Source: Octopus vulgaris
Taxonomy: Eukaryota
Direction of reading: 5' to 3'
DNA: 64,000 nucleotides
Assembly: GCA_951406725.2 (NCBI GenBank)
Contig: OX597815.1
Coordinates: 1,798,001 to 1,862,000 of the forward strand
Shown: positions 63,476 through 64,000 of the stretch, piece after piece
Numbering within the stretch: the first letter of the stretch is position 1
Layout of the letters: every line of letters begins with the position of its first letter
Translations under genes and position numbers: made by a program
The notes under the pieces: model-generated
Told to the model about the DNA's origin: nothing
Seen by the model: the letters and a program-made list of their open reading frames with translations, nothing else
Database searches by the model: none

Positions 63476-63749
63476 GAGGAAGGACTGGGAATAGTGGTGA
63501 GGGTGAGGGCAGATGTGGCACCAGGTGGAGTTGGATACAACCTGAGTAATGGGAAGAGGAGACATGACTGAGCCAGGGGCACCTGAGCAGAAGTGGCACA
63601 AGAGCTTCAAGATTTGAAAAGATGGAACTATTGTAATAGAAAAGATAGATGGAGAGAGAGAGAGGACACACAGCATGGTTGTGATGCAGAGGCTGGAGCA
63701 GATCAGTCTATCTGCTATGTATCTATATCTTGGTATTGACCCTACTATT

Positions 63750-64000
63750 CATCATCATCATCGTTTAACGTCCGCTTTCAATGCTAGCATGGGTTGGATG
63801 GTTTGACTGAGGGCTGGTGAACCAGATGGCTGCACCAGGCTCCAATCTTGATCTGGCAGAGTTTCTACAGCTGGATGCCCTTCCTAACGCCAACCTCTCC
63901 AAGAGTGTAGTGGGTGCTTTTTATGTGCCAGTCAGGCGGTTCTGGCAACGACCTCATTCGAATCTTTTACAGATGCCAGTAAGGCAATGCTGGTAAGGAT
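63750..64000 (-). mobile_element. RTE 3' UTR copy (runs off window)
   Basis: Family core and tail. Confidence 0.85.

Overview
AT-rich, repeat-dense animal genomic DNA, not prokaryotic. The repeat families (tRNA-headed SINEs with internal microsatellites, Nin-domain SINEs, many CAT/GAT-tailed RTE 3' ends) look like an Octopus genome; that assignment comes from pattern recognition, not a database search. I found no recognisable host protein-coding gene. Almost all ORFs in the track come from microsatellites or repeats. The only real protein-like sequence is in degraded retrotransposon fragments: RTE C-termini, an RTE zinc-finger end, and R4/Dong endonuclease domains. The window also holds two non-autonomous Helitron families, a pogo/Tc1-type MITE, a piggyBac-type MITE with a nested retroposon, and several foldback elements inside (TA)n. 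Best leads: (1) a ~790-bp inverted local duplication ending exactly at a Helitron CTAG, suggesting capture of 5' flank; (2) minus-strand polyY-AG|GTRAGT motifs resembling recursive-splicing ratchet points in a very long intron; (3) hammerhead-like cores in a Penelope-like terminus and in the loops of TA-associated foldbacks; (4) a foldback inverted duplication centred on an RTE tail tip; (5) a SINE copy enriched in sense-strand A-to-G changes. Repeat boundaries were read by eye and are approximate unless termini are quoted.
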